The notes below the pieces were generated by a model. It had not been told where the DNA came from. It saw only the letters and a list, made by a program, of their open reading frames with translations, and did no database searches. DNA of 64,000 nucleotides, taken from the NCBI GenBank assembly GCA_964016885.1, contig OZ024740.1:381610001-381674000 (forward strand), given 5' to 3'. Position numbers and translations under genes: made by a program. Position 1 is the stretch's first letter. Each line of letters opens with the position of its first letter. This document shows, piece after piece, positions 55,779-64,000 of this stretch. Origin of the DNA: Eledone cirrhosa. Its lineage: Eukaryota.

Positions 55779-57749
55779 ATGTTTAATATTTTGCCATCAG
55801 CTATGGCAAGCGTACAAAAAACGCTAACAAATGTTGAAGAAGGGAAAAGAAAAGAAGAAATAGACTTTTACGTTGCTAAGAACTTTGCCTGTATCGATGT
55901 AGTTAACAACAAAGTTTTGTGTAACGAAAGTCAAGTAGACAACACAAACAAAATTGAACGACACAGTGAACCACAGTGTACAACAGACACCAAAATCAAC
56001 AGAAAAACAATTGACACAACCACCAACGGAAAACCCGACAACCACCACCACCAAAACAACAACACCAAAAAAATAACTTTTACAAAAACAGTCACAAAGA
56101 AGAATAACGTTACCTCTAACTCCGCATGTATTGGCGTCACCATGGAAACCAATATGGACAACAAAAATAAAAACAAGATCGAACCACACGTGGTACAACA
56201 GACAGAAAAAACAACAGAAAATAAAACCATTGACACAACTACAAATGAAAAACCCGACAACGATAACAACAACAATAACAACAACACCAAAAAAACTTTT
56301 GCGCAAACAGTCATCAATACTCAAGAGTTCAAGGATCTCGATATCTCAAATGCGAAACAGGTGCTCTCTGACGCAAAGGAGTTTATCACTTTCGGTGAAA
56401 ACGGTGGATTTCAGATAAACTCATCCCCAGAAATTCGTCTGGAAACATTTCGAAGGACAATTACCCTCAGAACTGTTTCAAATGAAACAAAACGACCAGC
56501 ACTCCTCAGTCAAGGGGAAACTGAGGCAACCTTGAAAGAGATATTGCCAGACATTGACTTTATGCAGAGGGCCAAACAGTACGGGAGTATTTCGGTACTC
56601 CTCAAAAGCGAGGCCTTTGCACAAACATACTCAGTGACGCCAATACTGTCACAAAAATACACCTTTTCCCCTACATACCTGGGAAAAAGGACACAAAAAT
56701 TAGAGTTTCAAACATACAATCAAATATTAATATTTGGTGGATATTGGCAGGATTTTTAGAGGAGAGAAAATACACTATTCTCTCCATCAAAAGGTCAACC
56801 AGACACACCTGTTCTGGTACACATTTGGATATTCTGGTGAAAATGAGCCCGGAAAGAATCTCCAAAATACCAGAAAAACGGCTGGTGGACAACAACAGCC
56901 ACATAAACATTTCGGTGGAGGGACGAAGACCACATTGCTTTCGTTGCAATAGCACCACACACCTAAAGGCATCCTGCCCTTTAAAACACGCTCAACCAAA
57001 ACAATACAAATGAAAACACTGTTACCAACACCGACACCAAAACAACCACCACCACAACAACAACAACTCACGGAACAAGCAAACACACCAAAACAAACAG
57101 CCACTCAACCAACAACAACTGTAAAAACACAGACAACACCCCTGAAGAACACAGCCCCACCCCATCCCACTCCATCAAACACTACCACAAACACACAGAC
57201 CGAAACACCACCACCACCACACAACATACCCCTACCCCACACTCCTAACGATGATTATTCACAACAGATGAGGTTGCTTCTCCTTTAAGTGAAGAACAAG
57301 GAGAGCCTGGGAAATCTAAAAAACAAAAATAGAGACACCACAAAACCCCCAAAACTCCATTCATCAACACCAACACACAACCACAGACACAAACACCCAC
57401 CATAATAAGAAATCTCACGGACGAACAACAAACTGAAACAACACAACAAAAACACAAACAAAAATACGCATACATCAACACAAACAACAAGAGTTTGATG
57501 GAGGTCATCTCCCAAAACCCCAGGGTGGAGACGGAGGGCAAAACGTTCGTCAAAGCAGAATCGCCTCAACACCTTCAACTTATAAGGGTTTCTATGGAAA
57601 CTTATAGTGACCTGAAAAATAAATGTTCGCAGGACGTGGACAACCCCTGCCAGAAACCCATCAACCGCGTCCTGTTAAAATGTTTCCCCACCCCAACCAA
57701 CACCCAAATGGAGATTGAACAACCCAATCTCCAGCAAACGAAAAGGTAA
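55779..57749 (+). pseudogene. LINE ORF1 (gag-like), frameshifted
   Basis: T/N-rich N-terminus, PTYLGKR, VEGRRPHCFRCNSTTHLKASCP. Confidence 0.8.
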
Positions 57750-57790
57750 GTGCACCATTTCGTCCTTTTCGCCAACTCTTCTCCACCAAC

Positions 57791-60700
57791 ATGGCTAGTT
57801 TACGAGTTGGAAGCTTGAATGTGCGTGGCCTAGGGATGCTCTGGAAACAGGGCCAACTTATAAACGACGTTAGGTCACACAGTATGGATGTGATAGCCAT
57901 CACCGAGTCCAGGAACCACAACAGGCAGCAACTAACCCGCATCTTCGACGACTTTGAGATTTACGCATTTCTCTGTCAGCCAGGAGGTGGAGGGGGAGTG
58001 GCTGTCATGTTTCGGAAGAACCTGGACGTCGAAGTACAGCAAGTACACTTGGACCCGGAGGGTAGACCGGTAGTGCTAGACGTGAACAGTATTGGAGGGG
58101 GAGCCTTCACATTGGTGGCCGTTTTTGCACCGACCGGGAAATCGCAATCACAGCCAGACTTCTTTAAGCGTCTAGAGTCTTTTCTGGGAACGTCACGCTC
58201 CTTACTTTTAGTGGGGGACTGGAATGGTATCATTCCGACTGGCCGGTTGGTATCGACTGCATTTCCTGACTGCATCACAGTGGACGTGGGCAAAGCGCAG
58301 CGGGACATCTAGATCGTATTTAGATAGGTTCTTCATTAGAGAAAGGGACAAGGAGATGTTAAGCTGTCCACGAATGCACATGGTTGCCTATTCAGATCAC
58401 AAATTAGTTGTCTGCATAGTCAACCGTGACATAACACATAGACAGGGACCCGGATACTGGAAGCTGAACGTGTCGTTGCCGGCACGTAAAGCTTACAGTG
58501 AACGGATAAGTAGACTTGTCGACCAACAGTTAACGGGAGCCATCGTCAACAATAAATGGTGGTACTCTCTTAAGAAAGCAATTAGAGTAGAATCGATAGG
58601 GTTTAGCAGAAAGTTAGCCTTAGAGAAAAACAAAATAAAAACAGAACTAGTAGCCACGGTAGAGGAGGCACTTAGAAGTGGCAACGCAGCTAGAGTGTTA
58701 GCGTCGAGAAGTTAGCGTCGAGAAGGCTGCGTTGTCAGAAGCAAAACACGTGCTCTAGGAAACGAAGGAGCGAAAGCTGTCAGCTGGGCCCGAGTGGCGG
58801 AGGCAAAAGGTGGCAACGAGTCCACAATTCTGTCTTTGAAAGACCAAAACGGACGCGTGCTATTTGACCCCAAGCAAATGTGCGCGGCCTTTCAGCAGCA
58901 CTTTGCGCGACTGTTTAAGCAGAACGACGATGAGCCGAACGGGGCAATGGACTTTAGTTCATGCCTCGACGGCCTGCCGCGTCTCTCGAACACGGACGCC
59001 GAGTTCTGCGAAAGACCGATCACGGACACTGAGATACGGGGCGCTCTGGGCCGCTGCGGGAAACGCAAGTCACCCGGTCTAGAGAGTCTACCCTATGAGT
59101 TTTACATAGGCATGCCGGACTTGTTCACAGGCGTCCTCGAAGCCGTCTACTGCAATTGGCAGCAGAACAGGAGAATTCCCAGTTCTGCAGGCAAGGGCGT
59201 AGTAACGCTGATCAGGAACGACGAGAACAAGGGTGACGAAATTAACAACTTCAGGCCCATAACAGAGTTAAAGATTTTGGCCAAGGTGCTAGCGACGAGG
59301 TTGGCGCTAGTCGTCGAGAACCTGGTAGGGAAAGCGCAAACGTGTGCAATCCCGACCAGGTCCATACACGACAACCTCCACCTCATGCGATATATCATAG
59401 ATATGGTGGGTAGTAAACCCGGCTTCGGTGGGGCTCTGATCAATTTGGATCAGTCTAAGGCATTCGATAGGGTCGACCATCGATACTTGGAAGCGGTTCT
59501 CAAGGCGGCCGGTTTCGGTCCCGTTTTCAGAGGCTGGATCGAGGCAATGAACACCAGCATCTGCTCGAGGGTCAAGGTGAACGGCTACCTATCGGAGCCG
59601 TTCGCAATCACGCGTTCCATTCGACAGGGGTTCCCCCTCTCCTCCATTCTGTATGTATTGACTCTAGAGCCACTACTGCGGAAATTGGAGCTGTTGAAGG
59701 GCATCCCTCTAGAACCGGGACTGCGCAAAGCGTCGTCGGCTTATGCCGACGACGTGACGGTAATGGTGTCGAGCACCTCGGAAATCGTGGTGATCGGCAA
59801 CTTACTGAAAGAATACGAAACGCTGACGGGAGCAAAACTAAACCCGGACAAGTCTGTCGGTTTGCAACTCGGAACGTGGAGAGGCAAACCGATGACGTCC
59901 GACAGCGTCCTTGGACGCTGGACAGACGGTCCGGTCAAATGGCTCGGGGTCTGGTTCGGTTCACACCTCCAGGTGGAGAAAAACTGGAACCAGTCACGGC
60001 CAAGGTGCTTGCGCTTAACCAAAAGTGGGCAGAGTGCAAACTGTCCTTGAAAGGTCGAGCGGAGGTGGCGAACACTTTCATAGCGTCCGTCATCTTCTAC
60101 CGCTTGACTGTCATGCTTTGTCCCCGTGAACACCTCGCCAAGATGGAACGTATGCTCTTCCAGTTTCTGTGGAAGAAGCAGGCTCCGCTGGTGAGGAGAT
60201 CCGTCTGCTGTCAGCACCCTTCCAACGGAGGACTGGGAATGCCGTGGCTGATGATGCGCAAACATGCGCTGAGGCTGCGGCATCTCCATGTATTCCTCAG
60301 CGACGCCCTATGGACAACTTCCAGAGGTCCCTGGCCTGGCAGTGCTATCGAGGTGCTCTACCAGTTTGTGACAAGATCTACAGGCACGGACGCCCCAGCA
60401 GGGATCCTTCCAAGAGGACGTGTCCAAGATGAGCGCAGGACATTGAAACCGTACTGCACGCAATTATACACTGCCCGGGCGTAACCGACCTGTGGAACTA
60501 TGCAGAACAACTGCTGTCGCGTATGGTATAAATCCAGTTGACTGCTGAGTCCATAGTAAGGATCAAACCACCAGCCTCTTTCAAAAACGAAAGAGAGGCG
60601 GTTTTCATCGGTACGGTGGCTATGGTGAAAGAGGTTATATGGTGGACAAGATTGAGAGGACTGAGGACAGATGCCTTTCTCTCCGGACAACAATTGATTC

Positions 60701-60830
60701 CCTTCTTTAAGTATCACTTTAGAAGGAGAATCAGAGGGGAGAGAGAGGCACTGCACCCCAGTAAATTTACTGAAAGGTGACAAAAATGGCCCGAGTGATT
60801 GGGCCTTCTCTGTTTATCAGCCTGTAGGTT
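57791..60830 (+). pseudogene. LINE ORF2 (APE endonuclease + RT), several frameshifts and deletions
   Basis: GSLNVRGL, VGDWN, YLDRFF, SDH, GYWKLN, LDQSKAFDRVDH, IRQGFPLS, AYADDV, GGLGMP. Confidence 0.92.
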
Positions 60831-62060
60831 AAAGAAGAAAGCAAAGGAAGGAAGGAGCACGTGCACAACACGCTCCTGGGTTGAGGGTTGTTCTATCGAC
60901 GGGGTATTAAACAACCCATTTGTGGCGCTTTCCCACTATTGGGGATTTCGACTGTTGTAATTGTTTGTTTTATATTTTTTACACGACTGTATGTAAAATC
61001 CCCAGCATGTCTTTGTATTGTCCCCTTTTCTTGTGCGCCCTTGTGGCAAATAAAGAAATCTATCTATCTATCTAACAGTCTATCCGTCTGTATACATATT
61101 CACACGTACACAGGCACACGCACATATATACATATATATTTACGCGTGCATATGCGTGTATTTTGATGCATGGGACCATGTTTAATTTCAATTATGTTAT
61201 TTATATCCCATTACCTATCAACACAAAAGTGCCGGGGTATGTAAACAAATACTGAGGTTGATATCATCGACTAAATATTTTCAGTTTGGTGCTATTATGG
61301 ATGAAATAAATAACTGAAACTAGCAAACGTATAAAAGAAAGAAAGAGACATTTTTTAAATTTTACCCTAAGTTGGATAGCAAAACTCTCCGTCATATGCT
61401 GCGTAATTTTAACATTAAAATGCTACAAATAATACTTATACATTTTGGATCTAGTTTCAGCATGAGAAGATATCATGTTTTTAAATAGTGTGGATGAGAG
61501 CAGAATGTGTAGATAGATGGATTAACGCCATTGAGATGTATTTAGTTACAAGGAATTCTACCAGGCTTAAATATTTTTGTCATATTTATGGATATCAATG
61601 AAATAAATACCAGTTAACTAATGGATTTAATTGAATCGATTCTAAATATTTTCAAATATTTCTAGACATGTGCCAAATTTAGAATTCATTATCATAATAT
61701 TTGAAGATAGTGAAATGAAAGATATTTTAGAATGCAAGATAAAATAATGACATGGGAAATTTCCAAGGGATACCTTCTGCTAGGATAAGTGGGTGCTAAC
61801 ATAATTAATGCAACGAGAAAACTAATTCTATAATCAAAATTACATTGGTAATGGATAGAAAACCATCATTAATACTAATGATTATTCTTAGGAAAAACAA
61901 AGGAGACATCGCCAAAATACAAATTGATTTATAATTCATTCCCTTTCCCTACTTTCGCTGTCTTTCTCACTATCTATACCCATCTTTGTCATAGTATCTG
62001 TCACTGTCTACCTGGTTGTCAGACTTCCACTCCCTGCATGTATCTATACTCTTTTATCAC

Positions 62061-62139
<79 letters not shown>

Positions 62140-62248
62140 AAAATAGAATGGTAGACAGCTACACAAATATATAGATAGATAACAAATAGATAGATAGATA
62201 CATTGATATATAGATAAATGGATAGATAGATATATAAACAGATAGATA
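62061..62248. repeat. (GATA)n microsatellite at the 3' end of the minus-strand Tx1 copy
   Basis: Directly visible. Confidence 0.95.
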
Positions 62249-62249
62249 C

Positions 62250-64000
62250 GTTTCTTTATTAGCCACAAGGGCACAAAAGAAGGGGACAAATACAAATGGG
62301 GAGTTTACATACAGGTATATGAAAATAAAACTATTAATAAAATAACAAATAACAATTGATATCCCCAATAGGGGGGAGGCGTTACACAGGGGTTGTACAC
62401 ACCCCGAAAAAATGTACAACCCTCTCTCCAGGAGCACCAAGAGTGAGTTCTCCTTTCGTGTCTTCCTCTTTTTCCTCAACCTACAGACTTATATAGAGAG
62501 AAGGCCCAACCACTCGGGCCATCTTTGCCACATTCACCCACCTTTTATGAAATTTGCTGGGGTACAGCACTCTCTCTCCATCCAGATTCTTCTTCCAAAA
62601 TGATATTTGAAAACACGAATCAGTTGCTCGCCGGAGAGAAAGGTGTCTGACCTCAGCCCTTTTAACCTCGTCCACCATATAACCACTTTCACCATAGCCA
62701 TAACACATAGGAAAACCGCCTCTCCCTCGTTTTTGAAGGAGGGTGGCGGTTTGATCATGACAATGGACTCGGTGGTCAAACGGATTGGTCCCACGCGCGA
62801 CAATAGTCGTTCTACATAGCCCCACAGGTCGGTAACGCCCGGGCAGTGTACAAATGCGTGCACGACGGTTTCCTCGTCGCGCACGCATCTCGGACAGATC
62901 TTTTTCGAAGAGTCCCTACCCGGGCGCCCGTGTCTGTTCAGCTAGTCTCGAACTGGTAGAGCTCCTTGGTAGCACTGCCAGGGAATTTTTGGAAGTTTTC
63001 CATTGGTCCCGGGCAGAAGGTCCTACCAAACAGACTGGCCAGTTGGTCCACCTCTACGCCTAGAGTTTCTCAGAGCGTGTCGTCGCACTTGCTGCGGACC
63101 AACCCTCTATAGAATGTCGAAGTGGAGTCTCCACTGATCGCCGGGTCCGTTTGCCAGAGGACTCTGAGTGCCTGAGCACATTCGATATGCCAGTCGCCCA
63201 TTTTCCTCGGTCTTTGCTTGACCCAGGACTGCAGCTCAGTCAGCGAGACGAGTCGTGGGAAGGCTCGCCTCACGAACGGGTCCCACACCGGTTGTCTGGT
63301 GAGGAATACGTGGAGGTTCCGCAGCCTGAGCGCGCGTTTTCCCATCGTCAGCCACGGCATCCCCAGCCCTCCGTTTGAAGGGTGTTGGCAGCAGATGGAT
63401 CTTCTCACCAAAGGAGCCCGCCTCTTCCAAAGGAATTGGAAGAACGCGCGCTCCATTTTGGTGAGTGTTTTGGCTTGACAAGGCAGGACGGTCAAGAGGT
63501 AGTAGATGACAGACGCTATAAAAGTGTTCGCCATATCCACTCGACCTTTCACGGATAGTTTGCACTCGACCCACTTCTGGATGAGTGCAAACACCTTGGC
63601 CGTCACCTCGTTCCAGTTCTTCTCCACCTTGATGTCCGGACCAAACCAGACCCCGAGCATCTATACCGGTCCTTCCGTCCAGCGTCCGACGACGCCATCG
63701 GAAGGCATCGGTTTGCCTCTCCACGTTCTGAGTTGCAAACCGACGGATTTGTCCCGGTTCAGCTTCGCTCCTGTGAAACTTTCGTATTCCTCCAGTAAGG
63801 TGCCGATCTCTCCGATTTGCGAGGTGCTCGACACCATACGTGCCACGTCGTCGGCGTAGGCCGACGCCGCTTTTCGCAGTCCCGGTTCAAAGGGAGGAGA
63901 GAGGGCATCCCTGTCGGATGGATCGCGTGCAATGGAACGGCTCCGAGAGGTAGCCCTTCACCTTGACCCTTGAGCATATGTTGCTGTTGTGCATTGCAGG
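62250..64000 (-). mobile_element. Second Tx1-like LINE, 3' portion of ORF2, running off the window
   Basis: AYADDV, AKLNRDKSVGL, LGVWFG, GGLGMP, EETVVHAFVHCP. 3' end aataaagaaacg(tatc)n. Confidence 0.92.

Larger units (their letters stand above)
55582..61074 (+). mobile_element. Near full-length Tx1/L1-clade LINE, degenerate
   Basis: ORF1 with CCHC knuckle, ORF2 with APE-RT-zinc finger, 3' end aataaagaaa(tcta)n. Confidence 0.92.

Noticed and set aside
55824-56324. Hydrophobic antisense ORFs here and at 24448-25767 and 57245-57578
   Set aside because: They are shadow frames of A/C-rich retroelement ORFs.

Overview
AT-rich eukaryotic non-genic DNA, full of microsatellites and transposons. It is probably from an octopod cephalopod, inferred only from the SINE family and the repeat style. 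No intact host gene is recognisable, and most ORF-track entries are translated (TA)n/(CA)n. Mobile elements: several Penelope-like elements (PLEs), including a ~7.2-kb near-perfect inverted pair with RT + CxCx5C linker + GIY-YIG; RTE and CRE-like LINE fragments; three Tx1/L1-type copies ending in (TATC)n; an internally deleted mariner; a non-autonomous Helitron; a MITE; and about 8 copies of a tRNA-derived SINE. The main signal that the ORF track misses is about 20 type I hammerhead ribozyme (HHR) motifs, read by eye, from many unrelated non-coding units sitting in (TA)n tracts. These include a 4x310-bp retrozyme-like tandem array, a hairpin with two divergent HHRs, and HHRs with a compensatory U3-A8 core. 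All folds and coordinates were read manually (ends may be off by a few bases) and no activity is shown.
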